64,000 bases of DNA from a virus: IMG/VR virus record IMGVR_UViG_3300045988_130724, positions 12,203 to 76,202 of that record; one strand, written 5' to 3'. A model generated the notes under the pieces. That model ran no database searches. It worked only from the letters and a program-made list of their open reading frames with translations, and was not told the origin of the DNA. Shown piece after piece: positions 18,914 through 27,957 of the stretch. The first letter of the stretch is position 1, and every line of letters starts with the position of its first letter. The position numbers were made by a program, and so were the translations under genes.

Positions 18914-20251
18914 TTACGATGCTTTATGTGATTCAACCGCTTTTTTCAATGCTTCTTCGTCTGCGTCACTTAATCTGTTGACTGCTGCGATCAGCTTATC
19001 GTCAGAAACGGTGGGAGTAAGGTTCCTGCCTGCAATCTTATTATATTCCGTCACAAACTCCGGTTTTTTGTAAGTTACTCCCCAAATTGTAATCTTAACA
19101 TCAGAAGAATCTTCCCCTTCTTTTGTTGTGTCTACTGTTTGGGCTTCTAATATATCCAAAGAGTAGATTTGATCTACATTTTCGATAACCGGTAAGCAAA
19201 TAGCCTGTCCGCTTGTAAATTCCCGTAACGGATCTGTCTTAGAGTAACGGCTAATCAACTTGTATTCATCAACGGTAGTATATTCAACTCCATTAACAGG
19301 ATTAGTCGCTTCAGCCAAAGTTCCCCATACAAAAGAACCTACATTATCGGCAGAAGGGAGAAATATCAATTTATTCGCATTCCACGGTTTATAAGATACC
19401 CTTCGACCGTTCTTTTCATAAGTTACTGAACGGTCAATTTTCAGGAATGAGATACCGTTATATTGGTCAGAGAACGCTTCATCAAATAATGTAGAAGTAG
19501 GTACAGGCAGCTTAGTATCATTATTAAAGGTTTGACCTTGATAATTTGCAGCTAGCTCCTTTGCCCATTGAGACTGACGCATTTTGTTATATGTAGATAA
19601 AGCCAGCATAATAACTGAAATACTGTTACCGTCATCGTTAGCTTTACTTATAACTCTTTCAATATCATCTCCTGTAACTTCACCAGTAGTAACAACACCA
19701 AAGCTATGTTCTGGCAAATAACCATAATCAACACGAAGACCTATACCAGTATTTTTATCATCATCACCCTCAACAATGATGATGCCATCGGAGAGTCCTG
19801 TAAGGAAATTTGCTTCATTTCTCTCATCAATACCAATAGAGCAAGCCGTTCCATCGTCTAACACGCGAGTGATTATGCGGTTAAGGACAGATTTCTTAGC
19901 TGCATCCGTACTGGCATTGGATAAATGAGCTCTCATGATGTTGATGGCATTAATTTGACTCTCTTTTAGATTCTTTTTAATTCCGATCTTAGGCAATTCC
20001 CCGTTTGACCGTGCGATAGAATCTCGCTTTTTAGGTGAAAGCGGAGAGTCCATAGCTACCATATCAGCAGCTACATATGTAGTATTAGCAGATGTGCCTT
20101 CCCATTTTTGATCAGGAGAATATACATTAGTAAGCATCGTTTTGTGAAGATAGGTCAATTTCTTGTTTGTTTTATTGATCTTTTCTTTCACATATAGACT
20201 CAATTTAGGCCATATTCTTCTTACATATTCAATAAATAATGATTCATTCAT
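18914..20251 (-). CDS. major capsid protein
   Basis: 445 aa. Gene order scaffold - 133-aa - this ORF mirrors the lambda order Nu3/C - D - E. Confidence 0.7.
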   Translation of the reverse strand: MNESLFIEYVRRIWPKLSLYVKEKINKTNKKLTYLHKTMLTNVYSPDQKWEGTSANTTYVAADMVAMDSPLSPKKRDSIARSNGELPKIGIKKNLKESQINAINIMRAHLSNASTDAAKKSVLNRIITRVLDDGTACSIGIDERNEANFLTGLSDGIIIVEGDDDKNTGIGLRVDYGYLPEHSFGVVTTGEVTGDDIERVISKANDDGNSISVIMLALSTYNKMRQSQWAKELAANYQGQTFNNDTKLPVPTSTLFDEAFSDQYNGISFLKIDRSVTYEKNGRRVSYKPWNANKLIFLPSADNVGSFVWGTLAEATNPVNGVEYTTVDEYKLISRYSKTDPLREFTSGQAICLPVIENVDQIYSLDILEAQTVDTTKEGEDSSDVKITIWGVTYKKPEFVTEYNKIAGRNLTPTVSDDKLIAAVNRLSDADEEALKKAVESHKAS

Positions 20252-20264
20252 CTTTCACCTCCTT

Positions 20265-20666
20265 TTAATCGTGTAAAAAAGTTAGTTGTGGCAATGCCGT
20301 TTTTAATTCAGCCCTAATGCTGTCAATAGGATAAGGACTTGCCACGTCATTCACTTCACCAGCATACATGATACCAACGAATGGTTTGTCGGCAGGCTTG
20401 GAACAAACAACAACACCGACATATTCATGACTTTCCGGCAATGATTCGTAGGCTGTACCTGCTGAATTAACAGGCATTGGCTTATAAGTATCGTTTTCTG
20501 TATCGCGGATGACAATGTGCCCAGCTTTGATCACAGGCTGTTTAAATTCAGTCATATCTAGCGTCCGACCATTCATAATTCCGCCTAAATAGTTACGAAT
20601 AACAATCGAATCCATTCCGGTTAAGATTGTTTCTTGTTCGTTTACTAAATCAGCTTTTGCACCCAT
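20265..20666 (-). CDS. head decoration-position protein
   Basis: 133 aa between the scaffold and capsid genes. Confidence 0.45.
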   Translation of the reverse strand: MGAKADLVNEQETILTGMDSIVIRNYLGGIMNGRTLDMTEFKQPVIKAGHIVIRDTENDTYKPMPVNSAGTAYESLPESHEYVGVVVCSKPADKPFVGIMYAGEVNDVASPYPIDSIRAELKTALPQLTFLHD

Positions 20667-20683
20667 TTTTAATTTGTTTTTGA

Positions 20684-21394
20684 TTAAAGGCCTTTAGCTA
20701 TTGCTATGACCTCTTCGTCAGTTAATACTTCATTTTTTTCTTGTTTCTTACTACCTGGACCTGGAGGATTACCTAAACTAGAAAGCCCTGCATCGGCACG
20801 TTCTTGGTTGTAAGATTTCAAATCTTCCTCAACTTCGGAATAGAATTCTTCAAATTCTTCATCATTTTCAAACTTCATTTTATTGAAGGATTTTAATGTG
20901 CGAGCTCCGAATGTACCAGCGTCTTTCAATAAGGATTCAAGTTTTTCTTTACGTGTAGTGGTAACTTTTTCACCTTTCAATGCTGCGATTTCGTCATTCA
21001 GTGTTTGCACTGTCTGAACCAAACCTTTAGCCCATTCCGGAGTATCATCATTCTTTCCTCTGTTTTTGGGATTTTTTTTGTTTAAACCCGGCTGGCGATT
21101 AGTGGGATTTGATGGGCCATCGTCATCATCGTCATCGGGTTCATCGTCGTCGTCATTCTTTTTGCGGTTTTCTTCGATTACTCGATTTGCAAAAGACTGG
21201 CTGACTTGCAGGTAGGGGAGAACCGCATCGATAGCTGCTTCAATTTCTGCGTTTACGTCCTCATCGGAGACGTCATCTGTGGAGGTTAGGTTATCGGCAA
21301 TTCTAGCAGCGATACCCATCACCTCTTTTTTATTGAACCCGAACGCCTTCACTTTCGGTTTCAATTTCAGCAAAACCTGTTGTTTTCTATCCAT
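20684..21394 (-). CDS. scaffolding protein
   Basis: 236 aa, helical and charged, with an acidic run DDDDEPDDDDDDG. Immediately upstream of the capsid genes. Confidence 0.65.
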   Translation of the reverse strand: MDRKQQVLLKLKPKVKAFGFNKKEVMGIAARIADNLTSTDDVSDEDVNAEIEAAIDAVLPYLQVSQSFANRVIEENRKKNDDDDEPDDDDDDGPSNPTNRQPGLNKKNPKNRGKNDDTPEWAKGLVQTVQTLNDEIAALKGEKVTTTRKEKLESLLKDAGTFGARTLKSFNKMKFENDEEFEEFYSEVEEDLKSYNQERADAGLSSLGNPPGPGSKKQEKNEVLTDEEVIAIAKGL

Positions 21395-21531
21395 TGTACA
21401 ATGTTTTAATTAATAAAAACGGCCTGCAAAACATTACATGCAAGCAGACCGTCAACCTTCTTAATCATACATTAAGAGCAATGAATGTATTCACGACAAG
21501 TTCGGTTGCATGTAACTTCACATGCTTTATG

Positions 21532-21566
21532 CAAATATACGAAAAGTGATTCTTTTTACTTCACTT
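21532..21566 (-). promoter_or_regulatory. -7 box TATATTTG plus AAGTG-N13-CACTT inverted repeat
   Basis: caaatata at 21532-21539. After a 4-nt gap, aagtg at 21544-21548 and cactt at 21562-21566. Lies upstream of the scaffold/capsid operon. Confidence 0.45.
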
Positions 21567-21593
21567 TAAGTGTTAAACTATTATAATAAAACA

Positions 21594-21628
21594 CACGGCA
21601 CGAAAGTAATCTTGTACTCCGTGCCGTG
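21594..21628 (-). terminator. rho-independent terminator after the alarmone-hydrolase-like gene
   Basis: 9-bp stem cacggcacg/cgtgccgtg. On the minus strand it is followed by UGUUUUAUUAU. Confidence 0.55.
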
Positions 21629-21655
21629 AAACTGAATGTAATTGTACATCAGTAG

Positions 21656-22087
21656 TTATTCTTTGAGATACTTATAAGCCTTTAGATATTTATTCAGCCT
21701 TGATAAATCGCTCTCTGTAATTTGCTCCAGTCGGGTAATGTCCATATTATCTTCTAAATCGTGTAACTTTACTTGTCTTCCAATCGGATTAAAGCGGGAA
21801 CGCTTGATAAAATCTTCATAGCTTTCATCTTTGTTGCGGGTGACAGAAAGAATGGCATCAACGATATTACGAGGAAAGCCTTCCATTAGTAAATATTCAG
21901 CAGTAACTTCAGTATCTTCTATCGTATCGTGCAACAAAGCAACAATTCTTTCTTCATCAGTAGAGCATCTGTTTGAAACACGGATAGGATGGAAAATATA
22001 AGGTGCTCCAGCTTTGTCAGCTTGATAAAGATGCGCATCAGTTGCTATTTGAAGAGCTTTTTCTAATAGTGAATTAGTAGTTTCCAT
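21656..22087 (-). CDS. HD-domain small alarmone hydrolase-like protein (RelA/SpoT hydrolase fold)
   Basis: AHLYQADKAGAPYIFHPIRV...ALLHDTIEDT are the H...HD...ED motifs of (p)ppGpp hydrolase domains. I prefer the ATG at 22087 (METTNSLLEK), 11 nt after the upstream stop. The ORF track start at 22126 is the alternative. Confidence 0.75.
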   Translation of the reverse strand: METTNSLLEKALQIATDAHLYQADKAGAPYIFHPIRVSNRCSTDEERIVALLHDTIEDTEVTAEYLLMEGFPRNIVDAILSVTRNKDESYEDFIKRSRFNPIGRQVKLHDLEDNMDITRLEQITESDLSRLNKYLKAYKYLKE

Positions 22088-22098
22088 ATTCCATAAGT

Positions 22099-22359
22099 TT
22101 ATCTTCCATTGTCTGAATACTCCCATTTTTTATCCCGTTCATACACAGTGTCACATACCTGTCCTTTAATGGGTGAGTTGTGTTTCTGTGTGCCTCTAAG
22201 CAATTCGTCAGGAATACCATCAGGGTAAGCAGAGCAATAATAGTCATCTGCATGAAAATGTTTACAGTATGCGCATTGTGAAGCATACAGATTTAATATT
22301 TCATGCCTGTCATCTGTACATGAATAATTGTCACCGTTTTTATATAATCTCTTAACCAT
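22099..22359 (-). CDS. Cys-rich small protein
   Basis: 86 aa with C14, C29-x2-C32, C42 and C68 (QCAYCKHFHADDYYCSAYPDGIP). Probably metal-binding. Family not recognised. Confidence 0.55.
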   Translation of the reverse strand: MVKRLYKNGDNYSCTDDRHEILNLYASQCAYCKHFHADDYYCSAYPDGIPDELLRGTQKHNSPIKGQVCDTVYERDKKWEYSDNGR

Positions 22360-22372
22360 AATGCGAATATAG

Positions 22373-24025
22373 CTATTTAGTCTTCATTTTAGAATAATCG
22401 AATCCCAGTTTTTTTGATAACCTCTTCCATAATATATGAAAATGAGTTGCACTTGCCTGTGATATTGTAAGTGTGTCTTTATTTATCCTTCTTGTAAATT
22501 CTAACCGCAGATTTCGATTTTCATCATTATATAATTTCATTAATTCCTCTACGCTTATTCCCCAGCCTCCATCAGGCCTTTTCATTGAAAAGGTATAATT
22601 AGGGGTTACGGCCCTCATTTCTGCAAGATTATTTCCAACAGCCAATGCTATATCTTGTATGCTGAAAGAATTTCCTATACGCATAATATCGTTTTCCGAA
22701 TATCCCCATGCACCCGGATGATTATGGGTAAATATTCCGTCATTCATTAAGAGACATTCATCTTTTGTGAATTGAACACTACGACTTCCTCCCCTCTTAT
22801 CAATCACAATATTACCATCCTTATTGAACAATACACCTGTCTCATGGCTTTTATTTTGCCGTATATTAGATTCCACATCAGATACAGCCTTAGTAAGCTC
22901 GTAATTACTTCCGTCAAGGACTGAAAGCTGCTCCATACCCTCAATCTTATAAACTGTAAATGTCGAAGTTGGTGTATAATCAAGTATACTGTCAATTCGT
23001 TTTTGATTATCCCTAACAAAATATGGTAGCGTCCTTCTTTTCTTGGCTTCTTCTATACGGTAAGCATTTGCTCCCACCCACTGTTTGAAAGCGTCCGGTA
23101 CATCCTTGACCTCATTCACGCTTTCTGTAGAAACATCGCTCCGTCCATCCCATTCCCAAAATTCTTCCTCTGTTTTGAGGATGGGGATTTTATAACAAAG
23201 GTCATTCGGATGCCAGCCAGTCCAAACGAAATCTTTAGGATATTTACCTGCTAACCTATCGCATATATCCCCATGTGGCATACGGTGATGATGTGAAGAG
23301 CTTAGCTTTATTTCGTACCCCACAACGAAATCCATTTGTTTCCAACGCTCATTTTCAGCAGTCCGGTAAGCCATGTTAATTTCAGATCGAGCCAGTCGGA
23401 TAGAACGGTATTCGCAATCCAGCAAATGCATCGCACTTCCATACTTCTCTTTGTAGTCTTTTTGCAGCGATGGGAAGTCGAGCAGGTATTTGGAGATTTG
23501 CTTGCTTAACGTAATCGCACTTGTGCCTTTCTGGATGGCACAAGAAATGGCAGCTTCCAGTTCTTCTTTGTAGATGGTCGATTGCTTCCAAAGTTTATCT
23601 GATATATTGAACCCCTTATCCTTTCTGCTCTGAAAGCTTTTCAGAGCATCGGAGTTTGTCTGATACAGCACCGTGTATTTTTTCTTATCCACAATGGCAT
23701 CGTATGCTTGTAGCACCTTGTCAGCCATCAAATCCTGTACCTCGTTACTATTCTTCCATTCCTCGGATGTTCCTCGATAGATAACTGAATGAATATCATC
23801 AACGAACTGCATTTGAATGTCAGCTATCTGTTTTCTTGTTTGAGGGTAGTCAGACCATTTGAAAGGCTTGTCGCTTTCAGCGGAGTAATCGGTACACGAC
23901 ACGGCTTTGGCGACTTCCAAGTTAAGAGTGTCGTAGATTTGCTCAACAAGGGCGACATACCTGTTCAGCCGGTTGTTGAGTTCCTGATACTTCTTCTTTT
24001 GGTTGGGGATTTTAGGCTTTGCCAT
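22373..24025 (-). CDS. MuF/SPP1 gp7-like head morphogenesis protein with extra C-terminal domain
   Basis: 550 aa. HHHRMPHGDICDRLAGKYPKDFVWTGWHPNDLCYKIP is MuF-like. The last ~200 aa carry THNHPGAWGYSENDI...FSIQDI, a JAB/RadC-like HxH...S..D pattern. Confidence 0.75.
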   Translation of the reverse strand: MAKPKIPNQKKKYQELNNRLNRYVALVEQIYDTLNLEVAKAVSCTDYSAESDKPFKWSDYPQTRKQIADIQMQFVDDIHSVIYRGTSEEWKNSNEVQDLMADKVLQAYDAIVDKKKYTVLYQTNSDALKSFQSRKDKGFNISDKLWKQSTIYKEELEAAISCAIQKGTSAITLSKQISKYLLDFPSLQKDYKEKYGSAMHLLDCEYRSIRLARSEINMAYRTAENERWKQMDFVVGYEIKLSSSHHHRMPHGDICDRLAGKYPKDFVWTGWHPNDLCYKIPILKTEEEFWEWDGRSDVSTESVNEVKDVPDAFKQWVGANAYRIEEAKKRRTLPYFVRDNQKRIDSILDYTPTSTFTVYKIEGMEQLSVLDGSNYELTKAVSDVESNIRQNKSHETGVLFNKDGNIVIDKRGGSRSVQFTKDECLLMNDGIFTHNHPGAWGYSENDIMRIGNSFSIQDIALAVGNNLAEMRAVTPNYTFSMKRPDGGWGISVEELMKLYNDENRNLRLEFTRRINKDTLTISQASATHFHILWKRLSKKLGFDYSKMKTK

Positions 24026-24028
24026 ACA

Positions 24029-24199
24029 CTACTTCTTCTTGAACTTGTCACATATATCTCTATTCAAAAACTTACTCCATTTAAAGAAAGGGCAACGGCA
24101 CATGAAGAACTCGCCTTTTAAATTTTTCTCGTGCCAGTCGTAACTATGCGCACAATCCCGGCAATGATAATTGGATTGAGGTGTTACTTTCTTTGCCAT
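24029..24199 (-). CDS. small zinc-ribbon-like protein (56 aa, below ORF-track cutoff)
   Basis: Hand-translated: MAKKVTPQSNYHCRDCAHSYDWHEKNLKGEFFMCRCPFFKWSKFLNRDICDKFKKK. CxxC plus CxC motifs. TAATG overlap with the upstream stop, and its stop lies 3 nt before the MuF ATG. Confidence 0.5.
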   Translation of the reverse strand: MAKKVTPQSNYHCRDCAHSYDWHEKNLKGEFFMCRCPFFKWSKFLNRDICDKFKKK

Positions 24200-24558
24200 T
24201 ATTCTTCAATTCTATCGGGTGCGGGCATTTCCAATAGACGGATAGCCTTAATCGTCTCTTTGCCTTCCAAGATGGCTTTGCACAGTCTATGATAACCATC
24301 TGCTATTTGCCCTACCTCATCCAATAGGATAGGATAATCAAGGGAACAGTCACGCACACGCTTGCATTGAAATATGAAGTTGTGAAGCTGGCTGCACTCA
24401 AACGGCTCTGTCGTCAAGTCGATATTCCAAAGTGGCATATCCATAACTGGATACTCTTTTGCCTTAGCAAAATCGTACAACGTTTGGGCATTCCATATTT
24501 TGTTACCTCTATGATATTCGCTTTCGGCAAACGTCATTTCATCTATTGGAACTTTCAT
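24199..24558 (-). CDS. ParB/Srx-fold domain protein
   Basis: 119 aa. ILLDEVGQIADGYHRLCKAILEG carries the DGxHR signature of ParB N-terminal-like domains. Confidence 0.6.
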   Translation of the reverse strand: MKVPIDEMTFAESEYHRGNKIWNAQTLYDFAKAKEYPVMDMPLWNIDLTTEPFECSQLHNFIFQCKRVRDCSLDYPILLDEVGQIADGYHRLCKAILEGKETIKAIRLLEMPAPDRIEE

Positions 24559-24907
24559 GCGATTCTTTTTTTATATATACTTTAATTTCACCGGTAACAT
24601 GAAGTGCGTCACCGACTTTTTCAACAAAATATTCTATTAACCCTCTTTGAATGATAGAGTTTATAATCGATTGGCGGACTTCATTTTTTACTTCTTTGAT
24701 AAGCATTTCATCTGATTTCCGATTAGACCAACCTTCGTCAAGTTTCATCTTCTTACGATAATCCTTGATTTCTTTCTTGGTCCGTGTAAGACATATGCCT
24801 AGTTTCTTTGCTTCGTAGTTATCAACTTGTTCAATACTACTTAGTCTTTCTTGTGGGTTGATCTTCAATGCTAATCTAATAAGCCAGTTTGATATTTTTT
24901 TCTTCAT
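24539..24907 (-). CDS. hypothetical protein
   Basis: 122 aa ORF, 20-nt overlap with the next gene. No motif recognised. Confidence 0.55.
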   Translation of the reverse strand: MKKKISNWLIRLALKINPQERLSSIEQVDNYEAKKLGICLTRTKKEIKDYRKKMKLDEGWSNRKSDEMLIKEVKNEVRQSIINSIIQRGLIEYFVEKVGDALHVTGEIKVYIKKESHESSNR

Positions 24908-24982
24908 GATTTTAAGTTTTAAGCCAGCAGCATAAACAGATGCCTACGCTGCCTTTAACTTGTCTACAACTTGGCAGATAGG

Positions 24983-25273
24983 CTATAAACCTTCATATTC
25001 ATAAGCCATCTTTGCACTCATGACGCCTACCTGACTTACTATTTTGACGGACAGCCCCTTTTGTACATCAAGCTCAAAAATCACATTATCATTAAATTGA
25101 GCAGAAGAGTATTGATACAACAGTGCATAATCCATACCTTCCAATTTTGCGTATATACTAAGTATGCCACTATACTCTCTGTCTATCTGTATTACACATT
25201 TCCCAACAGAAATAAATTCACAGGAGTAACCTTGTTTTTCTTTACTAAATTCTAGTACATCAGTTTTTGCCAT
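24983..25273 (-). CDS. hypothetical protein
   Basis: 96 aa ORF downstream of the portal gene. No motif recognised. Confidence 0.55.
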   Translation of the reverse strand: MAKTDVLEFSKEKQGYSCEFISVGKCVIQIDREYSGILSIYAKLEGMDYALLYQYSSAQFNDNVIFELDVQKGLSVKIVSQVGVMSAKMAYEYEGL

Positions 25274-25293
25274 AATATTTATATTTTAGATTA

Positions 25294-26694
25294 TTATTCT
25301 GATTGTTCGAATATATTGCTTATCCTGCTTTTGGAAGCCTCTGCATCTTCTTTTTGAATTTGAGAGAGAGTCTTTTGCGGATCGGTAGAAATACCCAAGT
25401 TCTTGATGGCCTCTAATTGACTGACAACCGCTTTCCCCCCACTGGCTGTAACCCACTTCTCTATTTCTGACTTTTCATCATTTTGGATAAACGGAGTAAT
25501 AACATGCTCAACTTCAACATTATCTACCTCACCTTTCCAAGAAACATTCATCATTTTCAAGAAAGCTTTGATTACGCTACATTCACGTTCAAATGCTTCT
25601 ATCCATGCACCACTTTCATCTCCAACCTTTAAATGAGCGTCAGTAAGTAAAGTCTGCCTTGCATCAAATCCGATGTTGCCAAGAGACTTCATGTTTTCAA
25701 AAGAAATATCCGGCATTTGTGATTGTGACCAAAATAACTTAATAAGGGTATCGACATGATATTTTAACGCTTCGATAGATTGCGCCCATGAAACATAAGA
25801 AACATCTCCGCCGTTTTCGACACGATAAACTCTACGACTTTCTCCCTTGTCTTCTTTTCCTTGAGTTGCGCCTGCTACTTTGAGAATAGGAGCACTATTA
25901 TATGCGATCACGTCACTATTGCGTGAAAGGGTGTATTCGATTTCTTTTCTGATATAGGAAAGACCGTGATAAATGGGAACAGGACGATAAGCGTATACTC
26001 CAGGTATCTTCAGAATAACGACCGATTCTGATTTAACTAATTCCCAGCCGTTCCCCTGTTGTTTCCATTTATAATGAATGTTTGCTGTGTATGTCTCGAA
26101 ATAGGTAACTTCTTCATTTTTGGCTTTTTTTGTGTATTCAAAAGACATTGCGATCATATCACCAAGCTCATCAAGTAAAGGGTATAACCTAACACCGTCC
26201 ATTGGTGAGTAGGTCTTACATTTTAGCTTATACTTACTTTTAAAGCCGTATAGGGTGTTGGGGCTCTCAACTGTGTACCAAATGGTGAACATTTCGCATG
26301 AAGCAAAGTAAGCATTGCCCCGATTAGTATTCTCGCTATCAATACGGGCATACTTATATATCGCTTCAATCGCTTTCGCAATACTTTGGCGGATTTCATT
26401 GTCTTCTATATTGTGATATACACGTTTAATTGGGATAGCAAACATGAATTCAGTCATTCGTTTGGTGAGAAGTTTTTCAAGCCCAATGTAGATACGGGAA
26501 GCTTTTTCTATATCTCCATTAGATCGAATCTTGTCTTTACGAGTAACTGTGTCAGATACTATCTCATGTTCTGTTGGTTCGTAGTCTTTGATAAGTTTAT
26601 CCCAGGAGGGGACATAGACTGACTTTCCTTTTAAGTCGTTGATAATATTATCAACGGGTCGGGTACTGTCTAATATAGCTGTTATTTCGTCCAT
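25294..26694 (-). CDS. portal protein
   Basis: 466 aa. Its size and its placement between the terminase and the MuF/scaffold genes are typical of SPP1 gp6-type portals. Confidence 0.75.
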   Translation of the reverse strand: MDEITAILDSTRPVDNIINDLKGKSVYVPSWDKLIKDYEPTEHEIVSDTVTRKDKIRSNGDIEKASRIYIGLEKLLTKRMTEFMFAIPIKRVYHNIEDNEIRQSIAKAIEAIYKYARIDSENTNRGNAYFASCEMFTIWYTVESPNTLYGFKSKYKLKCKTYSPMDGVRLYPLLDELGDMIAMSFEYTKKAKNEEVTYFETYTANIHYKWKQQGNGWELVKSESVVILKIPGVYAYRPVPIYHGLSYIRKEIEYTLSRNSDVIAYNSAPILKVAGATQGKEDKGESRRVYRVENGGDVSYVSWAQSIEALKYHVDTLIKLFWSQSQMPDISFENMKSLGNIGFDARQTLLTDAHLKVGDESGAWIEAFERECSVIKAFLKMMNVSWKGEVDNVEVEHVITPFIQNDEKSEIEKWVTASGGKAVVSQLEAIKNLGISTDPQKTLSQIQKEDAEASKSRISNIFEQSE

Positions 26695-26736
26695 AAATAT
26701 AGTAAAGTGTCACTTGACACCCTTTTTTTATATTGA

Positions 26737-27498
26737 TTATTTAGATAGGAATTTATTCACGAAATATATTTGTCCTTTGCCGGTTACTTTGGTAGTGGTC
26801 GTTACCAATACCGAACCATCCGGCTTGGTGATTGATGTTTTCTTTAACTCGAAAAGTCCCAATTTCATAGATTTCTGCGTCGGCTGATTGTAGTAGTCAC
26901 CCTTTTGACAAAGATAACCATTCTCGCGCATCCAGCTAAACAAACGGTTCTGACCGATATTTACCCCATTTTGTTGTAATATTTTAGCCAGTTCAGCAAT
27001 TAAACAAGAGCGATGTGAAGTTGAGACAGCATCAGCAAAAAGGACTTTAGGAGCATCTTTTTGGATCTTCCGCTCAGCCTCTATAAGACGCTGTTCTTTT
27101 CGTTTCAGTGTTTCTTGTGCCACAATAAGCGCACGTGCCATGATTTCTTCTGGAGTGTCGTCCATTTTGGTAGCGATGTAGCCACCTGTCTTACGGATAC
27201 ATGGCAACACTTCGCTTGTTACCCATTTGCGGAACTTTTTAGCTTCAGGCTTACGACTATCCAATATTGTATCATACAAACCATCCTCATCAACAAAATT
27301 TGCCTGTTGGATTCCACCGGCTGTTTCAAGGGGATACTTTGAAAGTACATCCTTATCTAATCTTTGCGCTACCTTACTGGGAATCAAATCCAAAATCTGG
27401 CATACATCTGCCAAGCAAAAGAAAGGTTCGTTATTTTCACTCATCGCAATTCTTACCTTTCCGAATTGCTCATTCTCAAAAATTTTAATTGTGTTCAT
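26737..27498 (-). CDS. Bro-N / KilA-C type antirepressor
   Basis: IKIFENEQFGKVRIA...FCLADVCQILDL...DGLYDTILDSRKPEAKKFRKWVTSEVLPCIRKTGGY is a Bro-N domain. The C-terminal half is antirepressor-like. Paralogue of 52785-53486. Confidence 0.8.
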   Translation of the reverse strand: MNTIKIFENEQFGKVRIAMSENNEPFFCLADVCQILDLIPSKVAQRLDKDVLSKYPLETAGGIQQANFVDEDGLYDTILDSRKPEAKKFRKWVTSEVLPCIRKTGGYIATKMDDTPEEIMARALIVAQETLKRKEQRLIEAERKIQKDAPKVLFADAVSTSHRSCLIAELAKILQQNGVNIGQNRLFSWMRENGYLCQKGDYYNQPTQKSMKLGLFELKKTSITKPDGSVLVTTTTKVTGKGQIYFVNKFLSK

Positions 27499-27507
27499 AA
27501 TGTAGTT

Positions 27508-27525
27508 CCGTACTCCTTCATACGG
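27508..27525 (-). promoter_or_regulatory. 5' leader hairpin CCGTA-N8-TACGG
   Basis: Nine nt upstream of the ATG. The loop on the mRNA is UGAAGGAG. A covarying copy is at 53514-53531. Confidence 0.35.
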
Positions 27526-27624
27526 TGATTAGTTACACATGATACTGCTCCATAAAGAAACCGGATAGCACAATACGTATACCCGAGAACATGAAAGGAT
27601 ACGTTAGCATCAGATGCTATGGTG

Positions 27625-27659
27625 CAAATATAACAAAAGTGACATTTATTATGCCACTT
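27625..27659 (-). promoter_or_regulatory. -7 box TATATTTG plus AAGTG-N13-CACTT inverted repeat
   Basis: caaatata at 27625-27632, a 4-nt gap, aagtg at 27637-27641 and cactt at 27655-27659. Same geometry as at 21532-21566. Confidence 0.45.
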
Positions 27660-27686
27660 TTAAACAAAAAAAATAATAATATTTAT

Positions 27687-27956
27687 CTAATAACCTACCA
27701 TTTTTACAGCTTCATGCATATAATATGGAAAGTTAATGCCAGCAATTTCACCAGAATATCCACAACGCCATAATTCAGCTTGCCAATCTTGGATTTCATC
27801 ACGTTCATCAATATTGTACCTTTTCATCAAATCTCGCATAATGGCACAATCTTCGTATTTTTCTAGCGCCTTTGCGGATGAATACAGATTGAGAAACACG
27901 TACTGTCCGTACAGACAAAGAACTTTCTGAAATACATCAAAACGATTTTGTTCCAT
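27687..27956 (-). CDS. hypothetical protein
   Basis: 89 aa ORF. No motif recognised. Confidence 0.55.
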   Translation of the reverse strand: MEQNRFDVFQKVLCLYGQYVFLNLYSSAKALEKYEDCAIMRDLMKRYNIDERDEIQDWQAELWRCGYSGEIAGINFPYYMHEAVKMVGY

Positions 27957-27957
27957 A

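Noticed and set aside
22074-22286. 70-aa ORF overlapping the Cys-rich gene and the alarmone-hydrolase-like gene.
   Set aside because: It is an alternative frame of two ORFs that have recognisable motifs or tight coupling.
26694-26701. A TATATTTA -7-like box at the portal start.
   Set aside because: It abuts the ATG, so a transcript starting about 7 nt downstream would begin inside the gene. It is probably a chance A/T match.
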